DNA of 64,000 nt from Bacteroidota bacterium (GCA_947475165.1 CANJLD010000013.1:13250-77249); one strand, 5' to 3'. Positions 1 to 11,061 are shown, counted from the stretch's first letter. Numbers and translations are program-made. The notes: a model not told the origin generated them from the sequence alone.

Positions 1-771
1 CGAAAGGCAATTATGCCCGAGCAATTTTCCTAAGCCATAAATACCGGCAGTTTCCATTTCAAGATTGGTAATACGAAAATGCTTGTGGCGGAATTTGTTG
101 ATGACTTCGATGAAGTTCGGAAACTCCTGTTGTAAACGTAAGCGTCTGCCTTGCGGGGCGTAGAAACCGTTAGCGGTTATGGTAGTTCCTTTTTTGTAGT
201 TTGATTCAAACTTGCGCAATAAATTTTCACCGGCAGAAGCAATGTAGGGCTTAGCATCTTTAAAATACATTTTTAAATAAGCGGCAAATGCTTCCAAGTA
301 AACTGTTTCCTGAATCGTGTTTTCGTAGGAATAGAAATTAAGTAAACCATCCATACCAATTCCTGTTTCAGAAATAAGAATGGTGTCTACATCAATATCT
401 TCATTCACCGAACCGGAAGTTCCAACGCGAATAATATCAAGTGCAGTAAGTTCGTCCTTAATTGTGCGTGTGGCGAAGTCAATATTTACCAAAGCATCTA
501 GTTCGTTAAAGACAATATCTATGTTATCGGTACCAATGCCGGTGCTGATAACCGAAATGCGCTTGTTATTCAGGTAACCGGTATGCGTTACAAACTCGCG
601 GTGATGCACCTTATGCTGGATGGTATCAAAATGCTTGCTTACACTTTCTACCCGGTCAGGGTCGCCAACGGTGATGATGGTATCGGCAATTTCACTGGGC
701 TTTAAATGAAGATGGTAAATGCTTCCATCGGGATTTATGATAAGTTCCGATTCCGGTATGCGTTCTTTCAT
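1..771 (-). CDS. nucleoside phosphorylase family protein (PNP/UDP type), C-terminal end lies beyond the left edge
   Basis: My translation of the minus strand from ATG 771-769 gives MKERIPESELIINPDGSIYHLHLKPSEIADTIITVGDPDRVESVSKHFD... and later DIIRVGTSGSVN. The frame stays open to position 1. The start abuts the stop of the upstream gene (772-774). Confidence 0.7.
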   Translation of the reverse strand, partial: MKERIPESELIINPDGSIYHLHLKPSEIADTIITVGDPDRVESVSKHFDTIQHKVHHREFVTHTGYLNNKRISVISTGIGTDNIDIVFNELDALVNIDFATRTIKDELTALDIIRVGTSGSVNEDIDVDTILISETGIGMDGLLNFYSYENTIQETVYLEAFAAYLKMYFKDAKPYIASAGENLLRKFESNYKKGTTITANGFYAPQGRRLRLQQEFPNFIEVINKFRHKHFRITNLEMETAGIYGLGKLLGHNCLS

Positions 772-2508
772 TTAATTCAGTTTGCTCCATTTGAAGGTTT
801 TGCTCAAACCGTTCAAATGAATATTCACCAGATAAATTGCCGATTGCAAATTTGAGTTTTGATAATTGAAAACCAACTGACTTTCATCAGCAGTGAAAAT
901 AATTTGTCCTTGAAGGTTTAAAATCTGCAACTGAATTTTTTCATTATTCGGATTTGCAAGAGAGAAAGAGTTATCGTGATTCATAAACTGAATAGGGAAG
1001 TTTCCTTCTTCGTTAATTCCAACACTGCAATTGATAAGCGGATTATTAGGAGCCAGTCCACGATAAAATAAACAAGCATAAATAGGGCAGGTGTATTTGC
1101 CACCGGTGAGCAAAGTATCTGCATCAAGCAATAACTGTGCTGCCTGTGGCATTGATAAATTTTGCGCATAAGAATAATGCGCTTGTAAAATTATGCTGTC
1201 AGTAGCATCGCGCCCAATACTATTTCTAATGCACCATAAGGTCGCGCTCCATATCTGCCCGTTATGATAAATGCTGCCGGTTATATCATCAGGATAAACC
1301 CATGTGGCATTCAGTACGCGTCCGTTCCAAAATTCGTTGTGTCCATCCCAATTAAAAACCCAGTTGCTATTATAACTGTTTAACGCTCCGGAATAAGAAG
1401 CGGCAAGGTAGTCACCAAAACCTTCGTCTAACGAGTTCCGTTGTTGTCCTACATTACTGCTCGGTGCTGCCGTTTCAGAAACGAAATGTCCATACTCATG
1501 CACGCATACATCCGCATCTTCGGCATCGTCTACACCACCGGTGCCGTAGTAAAGCCGTTTAGGCGATGCGAGAGGAGAGAAGTAAGAATTATCAGCACCA
1601 TTCATGGCGTGAGGGTCAATCTCAATCAGCGAGTCGGCACAGCCAAAACCGAGCGTATGAATATGCTGGTGCATGGTGTTGATATGGTAGAAAGCATTTA
1701 CATCTTCAAAGCCGCTTTGCGAACGGTTGAAATAAAACTGTCCGGTAGTTGAAGTTGCAGGTGCGTAAGTAGGTAAATCGAAATCGCTTACGCGCACAAA
1801 TGAATTTTCGAGAATGAATTGCGTACCGGTAAAGGTGGTTGTGAAATTTACGGTTTGAAGTTGGGCATCAAGTTGCGCGTTGGTTGTATCGTCATTGTCG
1901 CAATATGGGCAACCATAATTTTGTTGTGATGATGTAAGCGGGTCGGGCAAAAAAACTTTGCCGCTTACTAAGGAATCTTGAGCGAAGTATGAGTTTACAT
2001 CGCGCTCGAAAACCGTTTCGCTGTTTGCTTCAAGCACTTCTTTGTTGTTAATGATTTTTCTATCGCATAAAACCGGAATTTCATTTTGGAGCGCAATAAC
2101 AGAGTTTGTAATTGCACCGGTTGTGCTCAAATTCCAATTGCTTGTGTTTTCAGAATTATCGAAAATGGAGTGAATTACATTTTGTCTGTCGGTATTCACT
2201 TTTACTTCACTCTGATAAACTTCAACTCCATTAAAGGTTTGAGTAAACGAATAGTGAAATCCACCTGGGCTTTCATTATTGTAGTTAAACTTTAAACCGG
2301 TTCTGAAATCTTTTAAGTTGGCAAGATTCTTCTTTAAATATTGTTGAATATTCTCCGCTGTGTTCTTCGCGCCTTCTAATTGAATTTTCTGAAAAGAGGA
2401 ACGACAGGTGGAAGTTTTGTATTGAGCAGGAGAGTAGTCCTCATCCGTTTTCTGTGAAAAAGAAAATAGAGAACCAAGAACTAAAGCAAGAGTGAATTGT
2501 GTTTTCAT
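772..2508 (-). CDS. secreted zinc metalloprotease with T9SS type-A C-terminal sorting domain
   Basis: ORF track 772..2526. The likely start is MKTQFTLALVLGSLFSFSQ at 2508, which reads as a signal peptide. It has the HExxH motif VHEYGHFV, an N-terminal FTP/PepSY-like propeptide segment, and a C-terminus (...AIYLVNIHLNGLSKTFKWSKLN) typical of T9SS CTDs. Confidence 0.8.
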   Translation of the reverse strand: MKTQFTLALVLGSLFSFSQKTDEDYSPAQYKTSTCRSSFQKIQLEGAKNTAENIQQYLKKNLANLKDFRTGLKFNYNNESPGGFHYSFTQTFNGVEVYQSEVKVNTDRQNVIHSIFDNSENTSNWNLSTTGAITNSVIALQNEIPVLCDRKIINNKEVLEANSETVFERDVNSYFAQDSLVSGKVFLPDPLTSSQQNYGCPYCDNDDTTNAQLDAQLQTVNFTTTFTGTQFILENSFVRVSDFDLPTYAPATSTTGQFYFNRSQSGFEDVNAFYHINTMHQHIHTLGFGCADSLIEIDPHAMNGADNSYFSPLASPKRLYYGTGGVDDAEDADVCVHEYGHFVSETAAPSSNVGQQRNSLDEGFGDYLAASYSGALNSYNSNWVFNWDGHNEFWNGRVLNATWVYPDDITGSIYHNGQIWSATLWCIRNSIGRDATDSIILQAHYSYAQNLSMPQAAQLLLDADTLLTGGKYTCPIYACLFYRGLAPNNPLINCSVGINEEGNFPIQFMNHDNSFSLANPNNEKIQLQILNLQGQIIFTADESQLVFNYQNSNLQSAIYLVNIHLNGLSKTFKWSKLN

Positions 2509-2526
2509 TCTAATAAAGATACGCAT

Positions 2527-3429
2527 TTACACATGCGCAGTTTCAACAAAGCAACTCGAAAGAATAATAAGTACAATAGATACGACAGCAAACGCCAAAC
2601 CAAGCAAATTGACTTTCGATATTTTTTCTTTAAAGAAAATAATACCGGCAAGGGTAGCAAGTGCAACAGTTCCCAAATTACTGATAGGAAACACAACAGA
2701 ACTTCCCCAACTGATATTGGCAAGTGCTTTGAGAATAAACAAAAGAGAGAAGTAATTAGCTATACCCAAAAGAATTCCGCCAACTAAACTGCTGCTTTTG
2801 AACGAAGCACGCTTGGTAATTAATTGAAAAATTAAAACAACCGAACCTACTAATGCTGCAGCCACAAAAAGAAACAGAGAGAATTCTTCCATGCCTGTTT
2901 CGCTTAGATACTTTTTATTGGCGTATTGCGTTAAACTATCACAGGCACCGCTGCCTACAAAAACAATTAAGGGCAAAACAGCAAACGATGATTTATGCGT
3001 TGCTCTTTTCTCTTCTTCTTTTAAACTGGAAAGAATAACAGCGGCAAACGCAAACAGAATACCGGTTAGTTTAAGCCAATTAAATTCTTCGCCATAAACA
3101 GTAAACGCCAACAGTACAGGAAAAACCAACCCAAGTTTCATAGCAACTGATGCTGTAGATACTCCGTATCGAACAGTAGTTATACTAGTGAAATTGAAAA
3201 TTACGATAAAGAAACTTCCGAGGAACAGAGCTAATGGAAGCCAATCTGCCGAGAAAACTGCTCCGTTAAGCAATTGAGTTTTATCAGGAATGAAAATGAA
3301 TGCGCAAATAGTAGCTGATAAATAATTGAAAACTATTGCCTGAAATACAGGAATACCTCTTCGTTCGAAAATTTTGAAAGCGAGAATGAGCAACGTTGTG
3401 CAGAAGATGGCGAGGAACAAATAAATCAT
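2527..3429 (-). CDS. EamA/DMT-superfamily membrane transporter
   Basis: 300-aa polytopic hydrophobic protein with about 10 predicted helices arranged as two similar halves. Confidence 0.7.
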   Translation of the reverse strand: MIYLFLAIFCTTLLILAFKIFERRGIPVFQAIVFNYLSATICAFIFIPDKTQLLNGAVFSADWLPLALFLGSFFIVIFNFTSITTVRYGVSTASVAMKLGLVFPVLLAFTVYGEEFNWLKLTGILFAFAAVILSSLKEEEKRATHKSSFAVLPLIVFVGSGACDSLTQYANKKYLSETGMEEFSLFLFVAAALVGSVVLIFQLITKRASFKSSSLVGGILLGIANYFSLLFILKALANISWGSSVVFPISNLGTVALATLAGIIFFKEKISKVNLLGLAFAVVSIVLIILSSCFVETAHV

Positions 3430-4460
3430 GAAGTGCTATTAGCGTAAACCTTCAATACATCTTTTTCAATTTCTGTTTCCGCAATCAACTTTCCTGAAAT
3501 TGCAGGAGCACGCTTTCCTTCTTTTAACTCATGCGCAGTTGTAAATACTCTTGCCTCGTCCCAAAGATTTTGCTCTATAAATTGTTTCAACGTATCGGGA
3601 CCACCTTCTATTGTTACTGACTGAATATTTCGTTCGTATAATTTATTTAGAATTTGCTCTATCACATTTTTTCTAAAATCAATTTGAATGAAATGATTTG
3701 TGCTATTCTCTTTTGATTGCAATTCGTTAAACACAAGCGTAGTTGCCTTGTTATTAAATATTTTTCTGTCCACTGGTAGCGATAAACTTTTGTCAATCAC
3801 CATCCGCTCCGGATTCTTTCCTTGCCATAGGCGTGCTGTTAACTCGCAATCGTCAACGGTTACTGTGTTTCTTCCTACTAATATTCCTTGCTCTTCGGTT
3901 CTCCACTTGTGCATCAACTTTTTTGATTCGCTGTTGGTGAACCAGAATTGTTTGGGTTCGTTTAACGCAATAAAACCATTGGCACTTTCCGCCCATTTTA
4001 AAATGATGTAAGGACGATGCTTTGAATGAAATGTAATAAACCTTCGATTTAGAAAGTCTGATTCTGCTTTGAATACTTCTGTAATTACTCCAACTCCTGC
4101 AGCTTTTAGTTTCTTAATTCCTTTACCCGATACCAGCGGATTTGGGTCGTAACTGCCGACAACAACGCGCTTCAATTTCTTTTGCAAAATTAAATCGGCA
4201 CAAGGTGGTGTTTTGCCAAAGTGCGAACAGGGCTCAAGATTTACATATAGCGTAGAATCTTTTAATAGCTCTTGATTACTGACTGATTTGACTGCATTTA
4301 CTTCTGCATGTGCTTCGCCAAATTTTTGGTGATAGCCTTCTCCTATGATTTCTCCATCATGTACAATTACACAACCAACCATGGGATTTGGCGCAACATT
4401 TCCTAAACCACGAATGGCAAGGTCAAGACAACGTTGCATAAATTGTTCGTGTGTATTCAT
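3426..4460 (-). CDS. ribD: bifunctional riboflavin biosynthesis deaminase/reductase RibD
   Basis: Carries the deaminase zinc motifs HAEVNA and PCSHFGKTPPC, followed by a reductase domain. The ORF track start is 4469, but the ATG at 4460 avoids overlap with the upstream gene. Confidence 0.9.
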   Translation of the reverse strand: MNTHEQFMQRCLDLAIRGLGNVAPNPMVGCVIVHDGEIIGEGYHQKFGEAHAEVNAVKSVSNQELLKDSTLYVNLEPCSHFGKTPPCADLILQKKLKRVVVGSYDPNPLVSGKGIKKLKAAGVGVITEVFKAESDFLNRRFITFHSKHRPYIILKWAESANGFIALNEPKQFWFTNSESKKLMHKWRTEEQGILVGRNTVTVDDCELTARLWQGKNPERMVIDKSLSLPVDRKIFNNKATTLVFNELQSKENSTNHFIQIDFRKNVIEQILNKLYERNIQSVTIEGGPDTLKQFIEQNLWDEARVFTTAHELKEGKRAPAISGKLIAETEIEKDVLKVYANSTS

Positions 4461-4462
4461 TA

Positions 4463-4870
4463 CTACCATTCAAATATTATATCCTGCTCAATATCGGGGT
4501 GAATTGATTTTGCCACTGGACAAGTGCGAGCTGCATTTTCGAAAATTGTTTTCACTTTCTCTGTAAAATTGTTTTTCGGAAACTTAATGACTGCAGTAAT
4601 CTTTGAAATTCTTCGCGGGTCGCTTGCCATGGTTTTGGTAATTTCTGCTTCACAGCCTACTAATGCATCATCCATTTCCATCGCTCGTGCTTTAATCCCC
4701 ATTATTGAAATCATACAACTGCCTAAAGCGGTTGCCACTAAATCGGTGGGAGAGAAGGATTGTGCTAAACCCTGATTATCGAGCGGTGCATCGGTAATCA
4801 CTTCTGTGCCTGAATACAGATGCGTCATTCGGGTGCGCAGTTTTCCTTCGTAAATTATTTTAGAAGTCAT
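4463..4870 (-). CDS. OsmC/Ohr family peroxiredoxin-like protein
   Basis: 135 aa with two conserved Cys contexts (LGSCM and ARTCPV) typical of the OsmC family. Confidence 0.75.
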   Translation of the reverse strand: MTSKIIYEGKLRTRMTHLYSGTEVITDAPLDNQGLAQSFSPTDLVATALGSCMISIMGIKARAMEMDDALVGCEAEITKTMASDPRRISKITAVIKFPKNNFTEKVKTIFENAARTCPVAKSIHPDIEQDIIFEW

Positions 4871-4942
4871 ATTCCTTGCTTTTTATTATTCGCAAACTTA
4901 AACCAAAACAATTTCGTTTATAGTTTGTAATATTGATTCGAA

Positions 4943-5698
4943 ATGCAGAAACATTTTTTTCTTCTTTTGTTAGTATTGTTTACTTCTATTTCGCTGTTTT
5001 CTCAGCGGAAACAAAAGACAGTTGACCCGCGCGATTTTCAATATAAGCACGAAGCCTCAGGCGGTGTGCGCATACAAACCAACGGCTTTACCATTTTTGC
5101 GGAGTACGGCTGGATAAAAGATATCAAGCGCACGCGCCTGCTTCAATTAGAGTATTCCTACTTTATGGATTACCGATATAAAAAACAAAATTCGCCAATA
5201 CCCGGTGGGCGCGATTATGTTTTTGGTTTGCAGAACCGGTTCCATGTTATACGCGCGGCTTATGGTTTTAAGCGCGTAATTGCCGACAAGTCAGCGCGTA
5301 ATGGAGTTTGTTTATCGGCTACTTTTTTTGGCGGGATTTCGCTGGGTTTGCTTAAGCCTTATTATCTTACCCTGTTGCAACCTACCGATGGCGGACCACC
5401 GGAACTGAAAGAAGAACGTTATTCGCCTGCTAATGAAACCCGGTTTCTTTCTCGCGATAGTATTGCCGAAGCAGCACCTATTCGTTTTGGGCTTAACCAG
5501 ATACAACCGGTAGCTGGTGCGCATATAAAAGCAGGGCTTGATTTTGATTGGGGAAGCAAGGATGCCTTTGTAAAAGCTTTACAAGCCGGTGTAATGATTG
5601 ATGTGTATTACAAACGTTTGCCACTTATGGTGAACAATACTAACCGGTTCTACCAGGCAGCGTTTTATATTTCTTTCCAGTTTGGTAAACGGTGGTAA
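4943..5698 (+). CDS. hypothetical secreted protein, possible outer-membrane beta-barrel
   Basis: Signal peptide MQKHFFLLLLVLFTSISLFSQ, alternating beta-like pattern, and an aromatic C-terminus (...SFQFGKRW). Confidence 0.6.
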   Translation: MQKHFFLLLLVLFTSISLFSQRKQKTVDPRDFQYKHEASGGVRIQTNGFTIFAEYGWIKDIKRTRLLQLEYSYFMDYRYKKQNSPIPGGRDYVFGLQNRFHVIRAAYGFKRVIADKSARNGVCLSATFFGGISLGLLKPYYLTLLQPTDGGPPELKEERYSPANETRFLSRDSIAEAAPIRFGLNQIQPVAGAHIKAGLDFDWGSKDAFVKALQAGVMIDVYYKRLPLMVNNTNRFYQAAFYISFQFGKRW

Positions 5699-5707
5699 AC
5701 TCTCTGC

Positions 5708-6124
5708 TTAAGCAAATGCAGAAGCATAAGCTTTCATTTTTACAATCATAGAATTTAGACCATTTGAACGTTTCGAAGTCAGAAAGGACTGGAGTTCAAT
5801 TCTATTGATGAATTCAAGATTATTATTGATGATATCTGTTGGCGACTGTCCGGATAAGACTTTAATAAGTAAGGCAATTATTCCTTTTGTAATTACAGAA
5901 TCGGAATCTGCTTCGAAAAATATTTTCCCATCTTTTTCATAGGCATGTAACCATACTTTGCTTTGACAACCTTTTACTAGAAAATCGTCAAGCATATATT
6001 TTGAGTTTATATGCGGAAGCTTTTTCCCGAGATCAATTAGATAATCAATTTTATCTTCTCGTTCATCAAATAGATTGAAGTCTTCGACAATCTCATTTTC
6101 AATTTCAGTGATTGATTTCTGCAT
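5708..6124 (-). CDS. sufE: SufE-like sulfur acceptor protein
   Basis: 138 aa with the conserved KGCQSKVWL active-site Cys context. It lies directly downstream of sufS. Confidence 0.85.
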   Translation of the reverse strand: MQKSITEIENEIVEDFNLFDEREDKIDYLIDLGKKLPHINSKYMLDDFLVKGCQSKVWLHAYEKDGKIFFEADSDSVITKGIIALLIKVLSGQSPTDIINNNLEFINRIELQSFLTSKRSNGLNSMIVKMKAYASAFA

Positions 6125-6133
6125 GACGCAATG

Positions 6134-7342
6134 CTATGAAAGTCTTTTCACAATGCGTTTAAGGGCATTAACGGTGGCGTCAATTTCTTCCTTGGTATTA
6201 TAGAAGGCAAACGATGCACGGCAGGTTCCTTCAATCTTTAGCCTATCCATTAATGGCTGACAGCAGTGGTGTCCAATCCGAATAGCAATTCCCTGCTCGT
6301 TTAGGAGAATGCCTATATCATTCATGTGGATGTTATTTACTAAGAAAGAAATAACAGATGCTTTGTTTTTAGCAGTTCCTACGATTCGTAACCCTTCAAC
6401 TTCTAAAAACTTCTCCGTTCCGTAAGCCAGTAGTTCATCTTCGTATGAAGCAATTTTATCTAAGCCAATCTCATTGATGTAATTGATTGCCGCACCCAAT
6501 GAGATTCCTCCTTCAATATGTGGAGTGCCTGCTTCAAACTTAAATGGCAAATCGTTGTAAGTAGTTCCGGCAAACGAAACGCTTTTAATCATTTCTCCAC
6601 CGCCCATGTATGGATTCATGGCTTCCAGTAATTCTGCTTTACCGTAAAGAATTCCTATACCGGTTCCGGCAAATACTTTATGTCCGCTGAAACCGAGAAA
6701 GTCGCAATCCAGATCTTTAACATCAACTTTCTTATGTGGAAGGGCCTGTGCGCCATCAATAAAAACTACAGCGCCAACTTTATGCGCTTCGCTTATAACT
6801 TCTTTAACCGGATGAATAGAGCCAATCGCATTGGAGATGTAGGCGATGGAAACAATCTTTGTTTTTTCTGAAAGCAATTTCAAATACTCTTCAAAAATTA
6901 TTTCACCGGCATCGTTAATAGGAATTACGCGAAGCGTTGCCCTTTTTTCTTCACAAAGCATTTGCCATGGAACTATGTTGCTGTGATGCTCCATTTCGCT
7001 CACAATAATTTCATCACCGGCTTTAATGAACTTTCTGCCGTAAGAAGTGGCTACAAGATTAACGGCTTCGGTAGTACCGCGAACAAAATTTATTTCGTGT
7101 TCGCTGGCGTTAATGTGTTGTGCAACAGCCGTTCTGGCATTCTCATATTTCTCTGTAGCCAATTGCGCCAGATGATGTGCCCCGCGATGTATATTGCTGT
7201 TGTATTGTTCGTAGTAATCTTTAATAGCATTTATAACTGCCAAAGGTTTTTGTGAAGTAGCTGCATTATCAAAATAAATAAGCGGCTTGCCGTTTACGCT
7301 TTGGTGCAGGATAGGAAACTGCGCGCGAATAGAATCATTCAT
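6134..7342 (-). CDS. sufS: cysteine desulfurase SufS (class V aminotransferase)
   Basis: PLP-lysine context SGHKVFAGTGIG, active-site RIGHHCCQP, and a position between sufD and sufE. Confidence 0.92.
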   Translation of the reverse strand: MNDSIRAQFPILHQSVNGKPLIYFDNAATSQKPLAVINAIKDYYEQYNSNIHRGAHHLAQLATEKYENARTAVAQHINASEHEINFVRGTTEAVNLVATSYGRKFIKAGDEIIVSEMEHHSNIVPWQMLCEEKRATLRVIPINDAGEIIFEEYLKLLSEKTKIVSIAYISNAIGSIHPVKEVISEAHKVGAVVFIDGAQALPHKKVDVKDLDCDFLGFSGHKVFAGTGIGILYGKAELLEAMNPYMGGGEMIKSVSFAGTTYNDLPFKFEAGTPHIEGGISLGAAINYINEIGLDKIASYEDELLAYGTEKFLEVEGLRIVGTAKNKASVISFLVNNIHMNDIGILLNEQGIAIRIGHHCCQPLMDRLKIEGTCRASFAFYNTKEEIDATVNALKRIVKRLS

Positions 7343-8649
7343 CAGAAATTCACTTTTAATTCATCTTTCAACTTGTCACACAAAAACTGGCGGATAGGCT
7401 TGCTGTGTATATGGTCTATTACTTCGTGCGCAAAAGCGTAAGTGAGAATTTGCGTTGCTTCTTCTTTGGTAATTCCTCTGGCACGTAAATAGAACAAGGC
7501 ATTCTCATCTAACTGACCAACTGCCGCACCGTGGCTGCACTTTACATCATCGGCAAATATTTCCAGTTGTGGTTTGCTGTTTATACTGGCATCGTTAGAA
7601 AGCAATAAGGCTTTACTCGATTGGAAAGCATTTGTTTTTTGCGCATCAGGCTTTACAAAAATCTTTCCGTTGAACACACCGGTAGAATCACCGCTTAATA
7701 CTCCTTTATAAAGTTGATTGCTGGTGCAGTTAGGAGCAACATGGTCAACTAAAATATGATTATCGATGTGTGCGTTTTCTTTTCCAAAATACAAGCCATT
7801 TAAATCGGCATGAGAGTTTTCGCCTATTAAACGGGCAGTTACGTTGTTTCTGATAATTGCACTACCGGTTCCGGTGTTAGGAGAGGAGAACGTAACAGTT
7901 GCTGCACTAAACTTTCCATCGCGCTCAACCTGACTTTCTAAAGTGTGAATGCCAATAGCATTACTCACTTCTAATTGTAGCTTTACTATGTCTATCGAAG
8001 CATTCTTGCCAACAAACACTTCCGATACGTGATTGTATTGAACGTTGATGTTGCTGGCGTTGCGGAAATCTTCTGCAATTTGAATAGAAGCACCTTCTTC
8101 TACAATGGCTAAACTTCTTGTTTGTGTGAAAGCGTTTATATCAGATGCCGTAAAGAAATACTGCACATAAATAGGCTCGTTAACCGTCACGTTCTTTTGA
8201 ACATGAATGAATACACCATCGTTTACAAAGGCAGTATTCAATGCCGCAAAGTGTTCTTCGTTATAGTTAATTAGTTTGCCAAAATGTTTCTCCACTAAAG
8301 TAGTATGAGAACCAAAAGCTTCTCTTAAACTGCAAACGGTTAGTCCCTTTGTATCAGGAACAATACTTAACTCCGGATGAAAAACTCCGTTCAAGAAAAT
8401 AATACGAAACGAATATGGAGGTAAGCTGGCAATGTAATTCTTAACCGCAGCGTTCACCTGGCTATCAACCGGTGTAAGTGAAAGCTGTTCGTTCAGTTTT
8501 GTTTTAATATTGGTATATTTCCATTCTTCGTGACGCGAAGAAGGAATGCCGAGTTTTTCGAAAGCCGTAAACGCGTTCTTCCTCAGCTCAACAACATTCG
8601 AATTGCTTACCTCTGCAAACTGCTTAGATATATTTTCTGCCAAACTCAT
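7342..8649 (-). CDS. sufD: Fe-S cluster assembly protein SufD
   Basis: 435 aa with a SufB/D beta-helix type sequence. It sits between sufC and sufS and shares a 1-nt overlap with sufS. Confidence 0.88.
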   Translation of the reverse strand: MSLAENISKQFAEVSNSNVVELRKNAFTAFEKLGIPSSRHEEWKYTNIKTKLNEQLSLTPVDSQVNAAVKNYIASLPPYSFRIIFLNGVFHPELSIVPDTKGLTVCSLREAFGSHTTLVEKHFGKLINYNEEHFAALNTAFVNDGVFIHVQKNVTVNEPIYVQYFFTASDINAFTQTRSLAIVEEGASIQIAEDFRNASNINVQYNHVSEVFVGKNASIDIVKLQLEVSNAIGIHTLESQVERDGKFSAATVTFSSPNTGTGSAIIRNNVTARLIGENSHADLNGLYFGKENAHIDNHILVDHVAPNCTSNQLYKGVLSGDSTGVFNGKIFVKPDAQKTNAFQSSKALLLSNDASINSKPQLEIFADDVKCSHGAAVGQLDENALFYLRARGITKEEATQILTYAFAHEVIDHIHSKPIRQFLCDKLKDELKVNF

Positions 8650-8652
8650 TTT

Positions 8653-9411
8653 TTATACTAGCTCGCTGTTTTCTTCTTTAATCCAATCGTAACCCTGTTC
8701 TTCTAATTTCAAAGCAAGTTCTTTGCCACCGCTCTTTACAATCTTTCCACCATACATTACATGCACATAATCAGGAACGATGTAGTTCAATAAACGTTGG
8801 TAGTGCGTTATCACCAAAAAACTTCTTTTGTCATCGCGCAGTTTGTTCACACCGTTGGCAACAATGCGCAGCGCATCAATATCTAAACCCGAATCGGTTT
8901 CATCCAACAAACAAAGCGTTGGCTCAAGCATTGCCATTTGAAAGATTTCGTTGCGCTTTTTTTCTCCTCCGCTGAATCCTTCGTTTACTGAGCGGCTAGT
9001 GAACTCTTTATTCATTTCCACCAAAGCCATTTTCTCGCGCATTAACTTTAAGAAGTCTTTTGCATCCATTGGTTCTAAACCCTGATGTTTGCGTTTGGCA
9101 TTCACCGCGGCTTTCATAAAATTAGTAGTACTCACTCCCGGAATCTCTACCGGATATTGAAACGCCAAAAATACCCCTTCGCGGGCGCGCTCATCGGCAC
9201 TCATTTCTAACAAGTTCTTGCCATTGAAAGTTACTTCACCGGATAGCACTTCGTAATCTTCTTTACCGGCAAGGGTAGATGCCAGTGTTGACTTACCGGT
9301 TCCGTTAGGACCCATAATAGCATGGATTTCTCCCGGTTTTATTTCGAGATTAAAATCTTTAAGGATTTGCTTTTCGGCTATTCCTACGTTTAGGTTTTTG
9401 ATTGACAGCAT
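8653..9411 (-). CDS. sufC: Fe-S cluster assembly ATPase SufC
   Basis: Walker [13 protein letters not shown] signature FSGGEKKR, and Walker [13 protein letters not shown]. Confidence 0.95.
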   Translation of the reverse strand: MLSIKNLNVGIAEKQILKDFNLEIKPGEIHAIMGPNGTGKSTLASTLAGKEDYEVLSGEVTFNGKNLLEMSADERAREGVFLAFQYPVEIPGVSTTNFMKAAVNAKRKHQGLEPMDAKDFLKLMREKMALVEMNKEFTSRSVNEGFSGGEKKRNEIFQMAMLEPTLCLLDETDSGLDIDALRIVANGVNKLRDDKRSFLVITHYQRLLNYIVPDYVHVMYGGKIVKSGGKELALKLEEQGYDWIKEENSELV

Positions 9412-9578
9412 TGCTCTTTTTCTTTATTCTGTTTCTTGTTCGTTTATCTTCGGTTGCGTAAGCGTCTTTTCTAAGTTCCTCGTAAATGGGTTTTAATATC
9501 CTGTTGTAAATTGTCTTTCCGGTGGAGTAGATTTTGAATATTCTGAAAATCATTTTGCCTTATTTTATGCAAAACTAC

Positions 9579-11024
9579 TTAACCCACGCTTCCTTCCAGA
9601 CTGATTGATAACAGCTTCTGCGCTTCTACCATAAACTCCATAGGCAGTTGCTTGAATACTTCTTTGCAATAACCGTTTATAATCATACTCACAGCTTCTT
9701 CGTTCGTCAACCCGCGTTGATTGCAATAGAACAACAGGTCTTCGCCAATTTTAGAAGTAGTGGCTTCATGCTCTACCTTACCGGTGCTGTTTTTTATTTC
9801 CAAATATGGGAAAGTATGTGCACCGCATTTATCGCCAATCAATAAACTATCGCACTGCGATGAGTTGTAAGCATTATCTGCCGTTCTGTGCACTTGCACC
9901 TGTCCGCGATAACTGTTTTGCGATTTACCCGCGCTTATTCCTTTACTTACAATACGACTCTTGGTGTTTTTACCAATGTGAATCATCTTGGTGCCGGTAT
10001 CGGCCTGCTGATAATTATTGGTTACCGCTACCGAATAAAACTCACCAATAGAATTATCGCCCTTCAAAATACAAGAAGGATATTTCCATGTAATAGCAGA
10101 ACCGGTTTCTACCTGTGTCCAGCTAATCTTTGAATTCTTACCCTGACAAATACCACGCTTGGTTACGAAATTGTAGATACCGCCCTTGCCTTCTTTATCA
10201 CCGGGATACCAGTTTTGAACGGTGGAGTATTTTATCTCCGCATTATCATGTGTAACCAGTTCCACCACTGCAGCGTGCAATTGGTTTTCATCGCGCATTG
10301 GTGCGGTGCAGCCTTCTAAGTAAGATACATAACTTCCTTCATCGGCAATTATGAGCGTGCGCTCAAACTGACCGGTGTTCTCCGCATTAATTCTAAAGTA
10401 GGTAGAAAGCTCCATCGGGCACCGAACGCCTTTTGGAATGTAAACAAAGCTTCCATCGCTGAATACCGCGCTGTTCAATGCCGCATAATAGTTATCGCGT
10501 TGCGGAACCACACTTCCCAAATACTTTTTAACCAGTTCCGGTTGTACTCGGATAGCTTCTGAAATAGAACAGAAAATAATTCCCTTCTCTTTCAGGCTTT
10601 CGCGGAAGGTAGTAATTACGCTTTCGCTATCCATTACATAATCAACCGCAACACCGGCTAACAGCTTCTGCTCCTGAATAGGAATGCCCAGTTTATCATA
10701 AGTGTTACGAATTTCGGGGTCAACATCATCTAATGAGTTGATGACCTTTTTCTTCTTCTGTGCAGCGTAATAAATAATGCTTTGGAAATCAATTTCAGGG
10801 AAGTGAACGTTCTGCCACTTCGGTTGCTCCATTTTGAGCCATGCCTTATAGGCTTTCAATCGCCATTCCAGCATCCATTCCGGCTCTTCTTTTTTGGCAG
10901 AAATAAAGCGCACGGTATCTTCACTTAAACCAACGGCAGCAAACTCCTGCTCAATATTGGTGGTAAAGCCATACTTGTAGTCGTTAGCTACTACTTCGTC
11001 AATAATTTTATCGTTTTCTGCCAT
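9579..11024 (-). CDS. sufB: Fe-S cluster assembly scaffold SufB
   Basis: 481 aa, highly conserved SufB sequence (…[21 protein letters not shown]…), first gene of the suf operon. Confidence 0.95.
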   Translation of the reverse strand: MAENDKIIDEVVANDYKYGFTTNIEQEFAAVGLSEDTVRFISAKKEEPEWMLEWRLKAYKAWLKMEQPKWQNVHFPEIDFQSIIYYAAQKKKKVINSLDDVDPEIRNTYDKLGIPIQEQKLLAGVAVDYVMDSESVITTFRESLKEKGIIFCSISEAIRVQPELVKKYLGSVVPQRDNYYAALNSAVFSDGSFVYIPKGVRCPMELSTYFRINAENTGQFERTLIIADEGSYVSYLEGCTAPMRDENQLHAAVVELVTHDNAEIKYSTVQNWYPGDKEGKGGIYNFVTKRGICQGKNSKISWTQVETGSAITWKYPSCILKGDNSIGEFYSVAVTNNYQQADTGTKMIHIGKNTKSRIVSKGISAGKSQNSYRGQVQVHRTADNAYNSSQCDSLLIGDKCGAHTFPYLEIKNSTGKVEHEATTSKIGEDLLFYCNQRGLTNEEAVSMIINGYCKEVFKQLPMEFMVEAQKLLSISLEGSVG

Positions 11025-11038
11025 ATAATTTGTGAGCG

Positions 11039-11046
11039 CAAATCTA
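11039..11046 (-). promoter_or_regulatory. candidate Bacteroidota -7 promoter box TAGATTTG upstream of sufB
   Basis: The minus strand reads ...GCGATTAGATTTGCGCTCACAAATTATATG. TAGATTTG fits the TAnnTTTG consensus. I found no clear -33 TTG at canonical spacing. Confidence 0.3.
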
Positions 11047-11061
11047 ATCGCTTTTTTTACA

